From the NCBI GenBank assembly GCA_028534125.1, contig CM052817.1:186001-248000 (forward strand): a stretch of 62,000 bases of DNA, written 5' to 3'. Positions 48,382-61,492 of this stretch are shown here, one piece after another. A program made the translations under genes and the position numbers. The notes under the pieces were generated by a model that had not been told where the DNA came from, searched no databases, and was given only the letters and a program-made list of their open reading frames with translations. The DNA comes from Lama glama. Lineage: Eukaryota. The first letter of the stretch is position 1, and each line of letters opens with the position of its first letter.

Positions 48382-48527
48382 AGCCAGGGGCCCAGGATGG
48401 GGCACCGGGGCGGAGCGCGCGCCAAGCCCTGGCCGGGAAGGGGCCGCAGAGCCAGGGAGGGGGCAGCTGGGGCCCGGGAGGGGGCAGCTGGGGTCAGGGA
48501 GGGGGCTGCGACAGGGGCTCTGGTTAC

Positions 48528-48640
48528 CTTCCTGGGGCCGGGGCGCGGGCGGCGGACGGGCGGACGGTCAGCGGCAGAGCGCGCTCGGGCCGGCCGGGTC
48601 CATGTGGCGCCCCGGGAACTGCGGCGGCGGCTGAAGGGCA
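48528..48640 (-). other. CPLX1: CPLX1 non-coding exon 1 (TSS approximate)
   Basis: Strong donor GAAG|gtaacc at 48527-48526 inside the CpG island, just downstream of the GC boxes. Confidence 0.7.
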
Positions 48641-51600
48641 CCGCGAGGAGGGCGCGTCACATGTAGACGCTCCCCGCCCCCCGCCCGCGTCCGAGCATGA
48701 CGAGGAGGGCGGGGCCGCGGCGGCGGGGCGGGCGCCGGCGCGGGGCGGGGGCGGGAGAGGCGGAGTCGTGCCCCACTCTCCCCTTCAAAACCCTGCCTCC
48801 CGGCCGAATTCGATAAAGGGTGGAATCCTGGGGCGCGAGCTCTCCGAGTCGGCGCGCACGACCCTGGCCCACCCGTCAGTTCGGAATCCCAGATGCGCTG
48901 ACTGCCCCCAACCACCACCAGCCGGTCTCCTCTGTGTGGACCCTGGCGGGGGGTGGGGCCTCCCCCCACCCCAGACCAGGTCCTGCACTCCCGTCCGCTT
49001 CCGCCCGTGCGGGGCACCCAGCGTGCGGGACAGATACGTGCGCAACCCCAGTGGGAAAAGTCCTTTCTATTCCGGCCGCGGGGAGGGGACGGGGGTTGGG
49101 TGTCCCAGCTCCCCTCCGCCTTCCACTCTGCCCGGGAGCGCGCGGGAAGAGGGTCCCCAGCAGGGGCAATGACTGCAGTCCCGACCAGGCCGAGTGCCCC
49201 TGAGCACTGTCCGGGTCCCCGACCCCCGCTGCTCTCGGGCCTCCCGCACCTCTGGGCGGGAGAAGGGAGCCCGCATACTCCTGAAAATCCATCTGACCCT
49301 TGGCGGAGAGCTGCCCGCAGACCGGCCAGGACCTATTTTTCTGCGAATAGGTTTGCAGAGAAAGGGCCACGCGGTTTCATTTCAGTGGGACAGAAGTGGC
49401 GCGACCCCCACCTCTCGACCAACGGCCTCACGCCGGGTTAGGGACGCGCGAAGGTCACTGCGGACCGGCCGCTTCGCCCCGTGTCCCTGCAGCCCCGCCC
49501 CCGCCGCGGCCGCCCCCTCCCCGGGCCTCCGGGATTTCCTCTGCGACGGATGCCGCGCAGCGAGGAGAGCCGGGTCGCTGCAAGGTCGGCAGCTCAGACT
49601 CCTGTCCTGCCGCCCCACCGGAGGTGGGAAGACCGGGCCCTGAAGTCACTGCACACCAGTGCTGTGGGCAGGGCTGGGGGGAGGGGGCCCGCAGCGGGGC
49701 AGGGGTCAGGGTCTCCACTATCCTGGTCGGTGGGTGGACACCCCTGGTGTTCGCTGCATAAACTTTCACAGTCTTCTCCCAGCTGAGTCATCAGGACTCG
49801 CTGGGCCTGAAGTGGAAGGGGGCAGATCCTAGAGACCCCTGGAGACCATTCCCCACGTTGCCCAACCAGGACACGCAGCCTGAACTCTGGAAACGTGCCT
49901 GTTTCCCCCAATCCGCTGGGCACCTTGGCTCCCAGCTCCTATCCCTCGTTCACCATCTCTAGGCCCACTTGGGCCCCACAGTGGCCTGCCAAGTGGTCCT
50001 CAGCGGGCAGGAACGAGCAGAGGGGAAGGGATGGAAGAGGCCAGCACTCTGCAGCACTGGTGGCCCTGGGGGAGGCCCACATCAGGACATTCAGAGCTGC
50101 AGCCTCCCCGGACCCCAGGGCCATGGGACCTGGCCTCAGTCTTGTCCGCTCTTCCTCCTGATGGCTCCTGTCACTTGGACCTGGGCCAGGAGGTGCAAGG
50201 TGGGTGGGGTGGGGCTGCTCATAAGGGTGGGTCTGGGGACAGAACATGGGACTCCCACCTAGGCTGCAGGAAGCCTTGTGCACCAGCACCCTGGGCACAT
50301 TTCCCTTCTACCCCCACCCTTGACGTGAGGTGGGGTGAAGCCCCAGGCCTTCTGCAGGTGTGGGGACAGGTGCTCTGCGGAGGGAGTGGTCACCTGTTCC
50401 CAGGTGTCTGAGAGTCCTGAGTGTTTGCTCAGCCTGGTGCTCCTGGTGTCCTCAGAACCTGTGTGTGGATGCCAGAGGGGAGAGGGGTGGGGCCACGAGA
50501 GAGAAGCCACTTCTTCCTGCTGAAGCCTCCGCCCTCCACCCCAGCCAGCAGGTGGACCTGGAGGACCACAGCTGAGTCCTGACGGCAACCCCAGAGAGGC
50601 CCCCAGAGATGACCCCAGCCGAGTCCAGAGCAGGCCCCACAACCAATGACCCCAGCTGCCCTTACAAGCCACGGAGACACCCCGTTGACCTTGCGGCAGC
50701 CAGTCTGGGCAGCGTGCAGCTTGCATATCACCAGGATAGAGGGGTCCACGACCTCACCGGTCCCATGACCCAGGCCTGGCGGATCTCCACACACCCTGAG
50801 TCATGGGCTCAGGTTGGGGACAGAGGACAGAGGCCCTCTGCTGACCCTCCAGCGCTCTTTCTCTTCCCTCCCTCCCTGTGGGGTCATCACCTGTCTCTCT
50901 CCTCTATATATACACATCTCTGTCTCTGTGTTTCCCTTTCTGTCTCTTTATCTCTTGGTCTCTGTCTCTCTGTCTCTGTCCCTCTGTGTCTCTCTCTGTT
51001 GTTACCTGTCGTAGACTCCTCACACACATAGCCACCCCACCTCAGCGCTCACATTTGTCCAGGCCCTGGGCTAGGGGTGGGGGTGGGGGGGTCCAACCAG
51101 GACTCAGACCCTCCTGGGGGAAATAGACCAGGTTTGTGCCAACCCCGGGTCAGGGTGACCATGGCTCTGGGAGAGGAAGGTCAGGAAGCAGTGGAGCCTG
51201 AGGAGGGCTGGGGCGGACAGTGCCAGCTCTTGGCAGGGAGTGAGGACACGTAGGGAATGGCCTGGAACAGTCCCCCTCCTCCCGCCAGGTCTGTCCCACG
51301 GGGAGGCCACTCAGTTTATGGCCTCCACCCCACCTTGGGGCCACACCTCAGATAGGGACTCTGGCCTTGTGAGTCCCCAGAAGAGGACCTGGGTTCTGGT
51401 GACCATTCCCCAAGCCTGCAGCCGTCCAGAGAGGCAGGAACTGAGAGGGAAAGGTTGAGCCAGGGCAGCCTGGTCAGCGTCACCGGGCTGCAGATCCAGG
51501 TGGGTGCAGGCAAGCGACGAGGAGTGTAGCGGCGGGGTGTGGCGGGAGGGCAGGGAGGGGGGCAGCTGGGAGGGAGGCTGGCCAAGGCAGCAGGAGTGGG

Positions 51601-54600
51601 CAGGGCGCTGGAGGGACTGGGAGGGTCTGCCACCGAGAGGTCAGCTTTGGGGCGTGTGTGTTCGGTCACAGCCCCGGCCAGCGGGCAGGACAAGGCTGGA
51701 GCCCCAGGTCAGGGCTCTGCACGTTTCTCAAATACACACCCTCCTGAGGCTGGCTCCTTAAGGCTAGGAAGCCCTGACCCAAAGCTGGGGAACAAGACCA
51801 CATGGCACTGGGCTGAGATCCCTGCCACCGAGTCCCCTCTGTAGCCTCCAAGGGGTCACTCCAGATGGCAGGGAGGGGAGTCAGCTGCCCTGCTCCAGCG
51901 CACCCCCAACCCAGCCTCTCTGGAAAACCCTGCCTGGGGCCTCCACTCCCGCCCGAGGCGCCTGGGGCCTGCGGTCCCCTCTGTCTGGTGGAGGCCCAGC
52001 CACTCCTGTGCCCCAAGGCAGCCTCCCACTCTGGCCCCAAAAGTGCTTTCAGGGTCACCTGAGCTTGTTCTTCAGTCCCAGCACGGGGCCTGGCGAGGGG
52101 GCTGCTGGCCCCGCAGGAAGGGCTGAAATGGGCCCTGCTGCCCAGCGCTCACCCAGAAATGGAGAGCGCAGGCGTGGTCATTTAACACGTGGGTCATCTG
52201 GCTCCTGCACCAGCACTGCCCACACTGCCATTTTCCAGCTGGACTTCATTGTTACTTGACAGGTGACAGCACGTGAAAAGCAGGCGCAGAGAGAGATGGA
52301 AAGCAGTCACCACCGGCCACAGGAGCGAGCAGACTGGCACCCCTGTGCACCCTGACACCAGGGCCTTCCTCGGCCACGTGGGTCCCGCTGGCTGGGGTCA
52401 GCGCCTGGGAGCTCGTCCTCGCGGGCTTCTGACGTGGGGTGGCCTGCTAGTTCCTCAGACGTCTGCCCCGTCCGGGGTGCTGGAACACACGGTGCCCGGG
52501 CAGGGTCATGTGTGAAGCACAGGCTTCCCACTGTCCATTTCCACCACAGCCCTGCCCACCCCCAGAGCTTCTCCTCGAGGTCCAGATACAAGGGGGCCCC
52601 TCAGTCAACACCCGGGAACCCTGAGGACCCCCTTCCTGAGGAGCTGGCCCAAGATCTGGGCTCAGAGCGCAGTGATGGTCCCTGTCCCCTCAGTCTGCCC
52701 CTGCTCTGCCTCAGACCCCAGACTCCAGAATTCCTGCAGCTCTCCCCACTGGGCCCTCATCCCCACCTGGTGGGACCCACAGTCCTGCCTCTCCCACCCC
52801 CTGCCTACCCCACCCAGCCCATGGTCACCCCTGCCCTCTGTCCACTCCCAGCCTCCTGTTGCACCCACCCTACTGGGCCACAGACCAGCCCTCCTCGTCC
52901 CAGTTCTTGTCACTGCGCACAGCACAGAGGTCCAAGTACAGCTGGTGGAGGAGAAGGTGTGACTTCATGTACCCAGAGAAGGGGGCTGGAGGAGGTGTCT
53001 GGGTGACCTTGAGGCTCTCTGTGGGGGACTGTGGTTCCCATGCCCCACCTCCTCCCCGGCTGCTGCCTGGATCCACCCCCACCCTCTCGTGCCCCAGGGT
53101 AAAACTAGCAGAGCTCACACACCTGAGAATGGAATTCTGCTCCTCTCTGGCTCTGCTGGGGTGGTGGCAGCTGTGGGGTGCAGGGGGCTGCACACAGCCT
53201 GAGTGAGCGCAGGGGCAGTTCTCGGTCATGAAAAGGTGGCGTGGGGGGCCACAGGGGAGGGACACTCGCTTCGAGGGAGGCTGTGCTTCTGAAGGCCTCT
53301 GCCCGGTGGCTGCCCAGGCCACCGGCTGCCCATGCCCCAGCCCTAGGTCAGCTCTCCGAGAATGCCCTGGGCTGTCCCTCTAAGTTGTGTGACCCCCATG
53401 GGGGGAGCTCCCTGAGCTGCAGACCAGGTGCCCCTGCTCCGTGAATGCCCCCCACCCATCAGCTCTGCCTCACCCCCACCCCACTCCAGAGGCCTTGATC
53501 ACCCTCCCAAGGCCACCCGGACCTGCCTCAGGGGCCTTTAACAGGACACTCGGTCAGAGGCCAGGCTCAGGCCCCGGATGGAGGATGGCCACCTGGGCAG
53601 ACCCAGGACCCAAGGAGGGGCTTGGGCCCCCGAGGGCTCCTGCTCCAGCCAGGAGTTCTGGGCTGTGCAGTCAGGCAGCCTCAGGTGGACGCAGCGCCCA
53701 GCGCCTCCTGTGCCCCATCTCCCTTGAGGCTCCAAAGTGGGTGCAGTGGGGAGCCCTGGGCCCGGGGCGTGTGCTGTCCATGTGAGTCAGGCCTGGACCC
53801 CCTCAGCAAGTGACTGGTCCAGTGGGACTGCGTCGGCTGACAGCAGAGCTGGCCCTTGGAGGGTGGCCTTCAAGCTCAAGAACCACCCCCCCCAAACACA
53901 GGCCAAGGGGAAAAGCCCAAGGGACACCGACAGTCGCCACCCAGGAGGCCCCAGACCCCTCCTCTCCTGTCCAGTGACACCCAGAGTGTGGGCGGGCCTA
54001 TGTGGGTACTGCTGGAGTGTTTCAGGCCCAGGAGGCATGAGAAGGAGCAATTTCCTCCAGAGATGTCGCTCTGCTCCCTTGGGGAAGGAAGACAGTCTCA
54101 GAGCCTGTCCTGGGTCGTGATCCTCTCTGGGGCAGCAGGAGACCGAGGCCTGCCCAGGGAACACAGAGGCCACTGCGGCCAGGCCTTCGCACGCCAGGGG
54201 ACGTCAGGCTGAAGAGGGCAGTTCAGCGACTCCGTGGTGGGAGCCGGAAGCCTCTGCAGCGGGCACACCCGAAGTGCGCCTCCGAGCCTTTGTTTCCTCT
54301 CTCTTCCCAGAGGGTCCGGAGCCAGCTCCTCTCCTCCCCCGGGCACCAGGGTTCCAGCCCTCCTGCCCCATCTTCCTATCCTGGGGGCCTGGGTCCGGAA
54401 GATGATCTCACCCAGGCCCCGCCCCACCCCAGGTGGCCAGTGGACAGTCCCAACTTAGGGCCTGGGGCTGGGGCAGAAGCCCTCTGTAAGCAGCGGGACC
54501 CTCCGCCAGGGCCCTTAGCTGCCCAGTGCCCCACCGTGTGTCCAGGATCTGCCCGCCTCAGCTACAGACCCACCCCCCACCCCCGGTGAGACCCCTGGAG

Positions 54601-56899
54601 GACCCCAGCCCAAGTGCCCAGGTCTCCCTGGGCCCACCCCATGCTCCCCCATAGCCACAGGCCTGCTGGGCTCATTGCTCTGCCTGCCCCCCCCAACCCT
54701 CATCTCCTACCCGCTTCCTGATGGCCCTCTCTTCCTGCCCGCCTCACAGGGGCCCCAGCGAGGACCCAGAGGGGCGTTCCTGGACTCTGCTGGTTGCAGC
54801 AGGTCTGTAAGTGTACACAGCTGTGTGCTTACCCTCGACCAGATTCTCCCCAGCCTGGCAGACCCAGGCCCCTCCTCTCCTGTTGGCGGTGTTCTAAAGG
54901 CTTCTGGGAAAGGCAGGGCTGAACCCCAGGAGTGGTCTCCCAAGGGGCAGCTCTGATCCCCACACCTGCCTGTGGGGCCGACAGGGACTTACTGGTCCTG
55001 AGATGGTGCTCTCAGGGACCAGGATGCATCCAGGGGTCACAGGGCACGTGTGACGTGTGTGAATACTTGACAGGCGTACAAACACGGTAGCCACAGAAAC
55101 AAACGAGTCCCGAGGCAGCTCAGCGTGGACGAGCCTCAAAAAAACCTCCTGCCCAGTGGGAGTGGCCCCTCCCCTCCCCTCCTTCTCCCCTCTCCTCGGC
55201 TCCTGGAGCGCTTGGCCCGGAGAGCCCAGCCTTCCACCTCCTGGGAGCCTGCCCTCTGCCCTGGGGGCCGTATTCCAAGAACCAGTCACCAACTGCAGGC
55301 CAGCGCAGCCTCTCGGACATGTCCTGTGCCGGGTCACTCATCTGAGCCTGTTTCCAGACGGACCTCTGCTGAGCAGCACCCCCAGCACCGCGCCCCCTGT
55401 GTGACGGGGTTGGGGTCAGCTGTGCAGCCATTCTGTGGCCACTGTGGTCGTTCCCTGGGCCCCCAGGGGCTCCCTGGAGGGGACACGCGTGGTCCTTGGA
55501 GCTGGGGTGTGGCCTGTAGGGATGGAGCCACCAGGGCGGCCTTCGTCCCGCCAAGACAGGAAATCAGAACCAGTGGGGATGGCAGAGGGTGTGCCAGACC
55601 AGAGACCCAGGGGACGGGTGTGCGCCTGCAGCCCCTGCAGGGCCCCGCCAGCATCCCCAGGGCTGCCTGGCCCTCAGCTGGGATCCAGAGCAACTTTGAC
55701 ATGCACTCTTGGACCTATTTAGGTCGTTCATTATTCTTTAAAAGAATCGGAAGATAAAAATAGCAGCAGATACATACCTGGCGGGGAGTCGGCTCTCTGC
55801 AGAGGGGCATCAACCGGGGGAAAGCCAGATTCAGCACTCCCCAGCGGGGAGAGTGTCACCTCAGCCAAGGGACGGGGGCACTGGGCCCAAGGGTCAGCAG
55901 TTGCGAGGTCCTGGGCCCTCAGGGCAAAAGGCTAGAGCCCCCATGCCTTTGAAACTTCAGGACCCACAGACCCCACCCCCCACCTGAGCCTTAGACCAAT
56001 GTGGTCACTGAGGCGGGGGGGTCAGTGTTCCACTAACTGCTCCCCAGACCGCAGGCGAGCTTTTGAGGACATGCACTGGTGCCGGTTCTACGAGCCCAGC
56101 CCGGAGTGGGGGTGGTGTCCTGATCCAGGTGATGGCAACCACCACGCACATCTGACTGGCGAGTGGCAGCCACCTGGCAGCACAGCTGGCTCACGTTTTG
56201 CGGAAAGAAGAGACGGCACAGGGTTCTGAGAGGCCAGCCCACAGTGCTGGCAGGGCCCGGCCCTTCCCGCTGTCACCACCGGGATGAGGGTTGAGGTCCT
56301 GGCCACCTGTCCAGGGCCTGGTCAGCACAGTGCTGGGCGGCCTGGAGCGGGACGAGCCCTCGGGCTTCGTGGACAGACCCGCAGGAGGCTGGGAGCATCA
56401 CTTCCGACTAACCCTCGAGCCTGTAACTGCTGCCATCTGTCCTGCCAGGTCGTCCCCAGAACAGGGGGACCTCACCCTGTAGCCAAGGCAGCCGCTGCTT
56501 CTCCAACGGCCATGACTCAGGAAAGCTGCTTTACTCTTTGAATTTCCAGAACAACAGACCAGGTCCCTCACACCCTCATGCTCTGAGGAGGAACGACCCA
56601 GTGGCATCCAGGGGAGGCCCAGTCTCGCGTGGGCCAGCATCTGCCCAGCTGCCTCAGCCACAAGCAGTGACCCCAGGGCACACCCAGACCAGCGAGGGGG
56701 AGGCCGGCCCCCAGACCCAAAGCCAGGGCTCGTCCCTGCACCGGCCTCCCTGCCTTCCTGCTACGTGTGACTGCTGAGGCCAGCTGGGGGCCCGGGGAGG
56801 CTCAGGCCAGCGGAGATGGGGAGCCCTCTCCACCGGCAGGGGTCACTGTGCTGCATCTTCGCGGTCAGAGCCTAGATCAGTCAATCACGCACATCAGAG

Positions 56900-57318
56900 A
56901 CGAAGGTCATCAGAAAATAGTTTAATTATGTACAGCTGGTCACCAGGCTGATTACAGGGGAAACGCAAACGTTCACGAGGGACTCAAGAAGACGGCCGAG
57001 CAGCGCAGTCTACCCAGCGGACGCGCCCTCAGGTGACGGCCACCGAACAGAATAAACCACAGACCAGGACACGCGTGGGAGAAGTGCGACTCGACACTTT
57101 TCCTTTAGAACCAAAAAAGAAAAAGAATTCGGAGCTTTTGGAATGCTTTCCTTCTCCCGCCAGGCATGGCGGCGGCTCCGGGCCACCCAGGGCAGCAGGC
57201 ATGATGTCGGGTGCGGCCATGCCAGTCCACTCTGCCACGGCCACAGGGCGACCCTCGCGGTCCAGCCAGCAGCTTTCGGTTCTATGAGCTGCGGGGGCAG
57301 CCCCGAGCAGCGCATGAC
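56900..57318 (-). other. GAK: GAK 3'UTR
   Basis: Between the TAA stop and the ATTAAA signal; end approximate. Confidence 0.75.
56921..56926 (-). terminator. GAK: GAK polyadenylation signal ATTAAA
   Basis: Minus strand reads TGTACATAATTAAACTATTTT: TGTA element immediately upstream of ATTAAA. Confidence 0.75.
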
Positions 57319-57420
57319 TTAGAAGAGGGGCCGGGAGCCCTGGCTCTCGAACTCGGCCCAGGCATCGTTCAGCTCCATGAAGATCATCCTGGCGTACTGC
57401 TCGTAGGGCTGCCCCCGGGC
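57319..57420 (-). CDS. GAK: Cyclin G-associated kinase (auxilin-2) last exon, J-domain C-terminus
   Basis: Acceptor tcccgcag|[36 protein letters not shown] then TAA; 102 nt. Confidence 0.96.
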   Translation of the reverse strand, partial: ARGQPYEQYARMIFMELNDAWAEFESQGSRPLF

Positions 57421-57496
57421 CTGCGGGACGGAGTGGGTGAGGGTGCTGCGCCTGAACCCAGGACCCCCCTGGGCTCGGCCCGGGCCCCGTGCCTAC

Positions 57497-57673
57497 CTTG
57501 TCCGGGTGGACCACCAGCACGGCCCGGCGGTACTGCTTCTTCACCTGCCCGGGGGTCACCAGGTCGGCCATGCCCACGGGCGTCCAGCGGCACTCGCCGT
57601 CCCACAGCGCGGTGTGCAGCGTGGACAGCAGCGCCCGGATGTTCCTCTCCTTGCCCTCCGTCCAGTCTAGGAG
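57497..57673 (-). CDS. GAK: GAK J-domain exon with HPD motif
   Basis: Acceptor cccacag|CTC, donor AAG|gtaggc; 177 nt; [59 protein letters not shown]. Confidence 0.97.
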
Positions 57674-57793
57674 CTGTGGGAGATGAGAGCCCAGCTCCAC
57701 ACGGGGCAGAGCTCTGAACACGGACCCGCTGCCCCCATGCCTGTGCCAGCACTCCTGGGGCCACCCGCCCTAGCCCGGCCCGAGCGCCCCCAC

Positions 57794-57942
57794 CTTCAGC
57801 TTGAGCGGGTCCGTGTCCCGGGCCTGGTCCTGCCGCCTCATCTCGGCGATGGTCCTGGGCCCCCTCCTGTCGGCCCTGGAGGAGAAGCCCTGGTCGGACA
57901 GCAGGTCTTCAAAGTCGCTCTCCGACACCCTTGGCTTCTGAC
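57794..57942 (-). CDS. GAK: GAK coding exon
   Basis: Acceptor tcctccag|GT, donor AAG|gtgggg; 149 nt, phase 1-0; (G)QKPRVSESDFEDLLSDQGFSSRADRRGPRTIAEMRRQDQARDTDPLKLK. Confidence 0.95.
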
Positions 57943-58294
57943 CTGGAGGAGAGCAGGGGCCTCGGAGGCTGTGCTGGGAGGCGCCGATGCCGACGTCGAC
58001 GCCGACGCCAACCCCGCCCGGGGGCCCCCGCCTGACACTGCGCACAGCTGGCAGAGGCCAAGATGGCCCCCAGGCGGCACACGCCTGGCCACCTGGACGG
58101 TGCTGTCTGGGCAACAAGAAGGTCACCCTCAGACCATGTGCAAAACCACTTGCTCCCACCCGAAGGAGCTTCTGCTGGGTCTCAGGAGACACCCTTTCTC
58201 AGGACTTGACCACGAGCTGGAGAAAATGGGGTTCACCGTAACCCCCCTCAGAGCAAGCTCAGAAAGCCACCGGGCAGAGGGAGGGAGGACTCAC

Positions 58295-58519
58295 CAAAGC
58301 TGGGAGGGCGGACGCCCCTCTCCTCCCGGCTGCCGATCACACTGAAGCTGGTGTTGTAGCTGGGCTTCGGCGGGACAGCGGCTCTAGGGGCTGGCTTCGC
58401 CTGCGGGGGCCGTGGGGTGCCCTGGGCCAGGGGCCGACTTGCTTGCCAGGAGCCGCTGGCCTTGGGAGGGGGCGCTGCGTTGGTACCGGTGCCTGCAGGA
58501 GCAGATGCAGTGGACGAGC
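58295..58519 (-). CDS. GAK: GAK coding exon (proline-rich region)
   Basis: Acceptor tctccccag|GC, donor TTT G|gtgagt; 225 nt, phase 1-1; (G)SSTASAPAG...SWQASRP...SFSVIGSREERGVRPPSF. Confidence 0.88.
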
Positions 58520-59249
58520 CTGGGGAGACAGTCACACGGGAACTTCGGGGGCAGCCCCAGTACTCAGCCTGCACGGAGAGCACGCCCTCGCAATACCAGT
58601 GTTTCAGGTGTGCTGCCAGGATGGGCACGTCAAGGTGGCCCCATGGCTGGCCGGTCCGTAGCGGCCAGGGCCAGGTGGGTACCACCCCCTACTTGCTGTG
58701 TGTCTGTCCCTCCGCAGACACCACACAGTCCTAACAGAGTCTGGCCACGTCACTCCATCCCACCAGCCTGTTCCCCGCTCCTCGTCCCCGACTCTCGACT
58801 CGGCCCCACGATGAGCCCGCCTGTGTCTGCAGGAACCCCCTCAGGGGTGTCTGGTGGGGACTGTGTGGACCCCACAGATCACGGCAGGAGAGCCTTCCCC
58901 ACATGGGGTCTTCTGGGCCATGAGCCCCTCCGTCTCCGTTCACGCCAGGGTCCTTCTTCCCTGACCCGCTCCTCATGTTTGGCTCTGTGGCTCCAGGACA
59001 CAAGTCCTGCGCACGCTCTGCGAGAGTCACAGGTTACGTGCTTCTTTTTCCTCCTTCTTCCGTGACTAAACGGTGCTGTTCTAAATCTTGGATTCCCTGC
59101 GCACATGCTGCTGGTAAACAGGAATTTCCCTGGTGTCTGTCGACCATGCGCCCTGCGACCCTCCTAAACTCACTCCGGGCTCTGAAATGCTTTCAGGTCC
59201 CTCGGGATTTCCCACGGCCCCCGGTTCATGGAAGCACTGCCTGTGCCCC

Positions 59250-60620
59250 TGGTCCCTCTCCAGCTGGCACCAAGGCAGCTCGCGGTCTTCCAAAGCCAAG
59301 CGCGAGGCTGGCTGCAGGGCACTGGAGGCACTGCTCCTAAGCTCTCCCGCCACTCGTCTGTGGGGGGTGTCCGCCGACACCTAGGTGCTGAACTCTGTCC
59401 GCGGCCTGTGTTGCACACGGATGTGACCACACGACGCCCCTACTCTGGCCAGTTCTTGTGTGGATTCTGTTAACTGGTTCTGGGATGCTGAATGTGCCTT
59501 GCTTCCTGGAACAAATCCCACTTGACTGTGGTGTGTGATTCTGTCCATGCTGATGAATGCTCCTTGCGGCCGATTTGCTGTCGACTTTTGTGTCTATGTT
59601 CGTGAGGGACACTGACGTTTTCTCTTGTACCGTCTCTGCCTGGTTTTGGTTTCAGAGTAATACCAGCCTCGTGAAACCAACTGGAAAACGTCTCCTCCTG
59701 TTTCCTGGAAAAGGGTGTGTGAGGTTGGTATGAGTCCTTTAAACACTTGGTGGAACTCTCCAATGGAAGCACCCGGGACTGAAGGTTTCCTTTTCGGGAG
59801 GCGTCTACCGATGAGCTCGAGCTCATCTTCTCATGGCTACAGGCCTACTCGCCCCGCCCACCCGGCGGGGCGTCTGCTGTAGAATCTGCCCACCTCACCT
59901 GCGCCCAGGCTGGCGCCGCGGCTGCGCGGCCGAGTCCCTTCGTGTCTCCAGGGTCTGTGGGCAGGTTGTGCCAACCTCCTCACTTCCATGCATATTAGCA
60001 AACATTTGCCAGTGTTACGGATACTCTCAGAGACCCGGCTCTTGCTTAGTCCGTCTTCTCTAGTTCACATTTCCTACCTCGTTGACGTGGGCTCTTTATC
60101 ACCACCTTCCCTCTGCTTGCTCTGAGTTTACTTCCTTTCCTTTCCAAACACCTTCAGGTGAGAACGCACAACATTTCCCAAATGCACACTGAACGCCACG
60201 TGTCCCCCGTTTTGATGCGCCATGTTTTCAGTTTCCGTCTGTGCGATGCGCTGTGTCACTTCCCTTGAGGCTTCTAAGTCACCGCTGTGCTCTCAGAAGC
60301 GTGTTGTTCAGCCCCTAACAGTCTGAACAGCTTTCGGTTGTCTTGCTGCTACTGCCTCTGAGCTTGACTCCAGACAGAGCGACACGGTGTGCACGGCTTC
60401 AGCTCCTGCACACTTGCTGGGACTGTTCATGGCCCAGGACGTGACATTTCTTGGTGGCTGGTGGGTGCAGGATGTGTCCTGCTGCCATTGGGCAGTGTCC
60501 TCTGAGAGTCCACAGTCCTGCTGGCTCTTGGCTCCCACAGCTTCACTGACTCACTGTCTGGTGGCTTTGCTGGCAGAGGAATGCTGAGGGCTCCACCTAG
60601 AACCCGAGTTTGCATGTTTC
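59250..60620 (-). mobile_element. Degraded L1 ORF2 fragments in a GAK intron
   Basis: ttcctggaacaaatcccacttgactgtgg; ttttgtgtctatgttcgtgaggga; tggttttggtttcagagtaataccagcctc (minus translation FHEAGITLKPKP). Confidence 0.8.
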
Positions 60621-61375
60621 TCCCCTTGGTTCCAGCAGCTTCGTGCAGGACCCCACTCTCCGCCGGTGAGATAGAGGTCTTGGGTCTCAGTGCAGAGCTG
60701 AGGGCTGGGCTCCATCCTGAGAACGGGTGCCCCAGACCCCAAGAAGCCCCTTGCTCCACAGGCTGCACCCAGGAGGCTCAGGGTGGCCCCACCCTGCACT
60801 CAAACAGCCCAAGACAGAGGCAGGAAGCCAAGGACAAACCCAGACTTCCAGGAATGCCCTCAGGGAGACACCACAACCTGAAACACCAGGAAACTGTTAA
60901 ATAAAAAGGACTGTTCCTGGACAACAAGCATTCTGGAGAGATGCTAAGTCCACCTCAAATTCCACACGCCACCCAACCAGCCAGGCACGTGGGACACGCA
61001 GATGTTCATGGTCTCTGAACAGTTAACGTCCTGATGTGTCCTCCCGGAGGGGAAAGCTGCCGAGCGGGTCCTGCCCGCCCCCGGGGCAGGGCAGGGCAGG
61101 GCAGGGCAGGGCTACTCCGCACAGGAGTGCGGAGGCCGCTCCCGGGTGGCCCCGCTCACGGTGATGCCCACGGAGGGCCAGGCCTCCCGCCGGTTTTGAC
61201 AACTCCTGGTGTCATCTCGGTAACAAGCTTCGGGGACAAGGCAGACGGGCCTCTTCTGGGATCACTGCACTGGGCCTCAGTGAACGGGGGAGGTCCGCCC
61301 TGGGAGGGCAGACAGACCCAACCCCCTGCGAGAGCCCCAGCACCCTCCTCCTGCTCGACACGGCCCACAGGGTAC

Positions 61376-61492
61376 CTTGGAGGCCGGAACTGAGGTCACC
61401 GAGGTCAGCAAACGGATCCTGGCTCTGAGACTTGGTCAGGCTGGCTGGGGGGCCCGGAGGGGCCGACTGGGCTCCAGAAGAGAAGAAGGGGC
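61376..61492 (-). CDS. GAK: GAK coding exon with DPF motif
   Basis: Acceptor tcctccag|GC, donor CAA G|gtaccc; 117 nt, phase 1-1; (G)PFFSSGAQSAPPGPPASLTKSQSQDPFADLGDLSSGLQ. Confidence 0.92.

Larger units (their letters stand above)
48330..49640 (-). promoter_or_regulatory. CPLX1: CPLX1 CpG-island promoter
   Basis: CpG-dense; multiple GC boxes at 48670-48765, EGR-type GCGGGGGCG at 48745-48753, CRE half-site TGACG (minus) near 48654-48658. Confidence 0.85.

Noticed and set aside
55770..55788. Resemblance to the U1 snRNA 5' end (ATACATACCTGGCGGGGAG)
   Set aside because: Similarity stops after about 19 nt; not a U1 gene or pseudogene, better read as an antisense splice donor.
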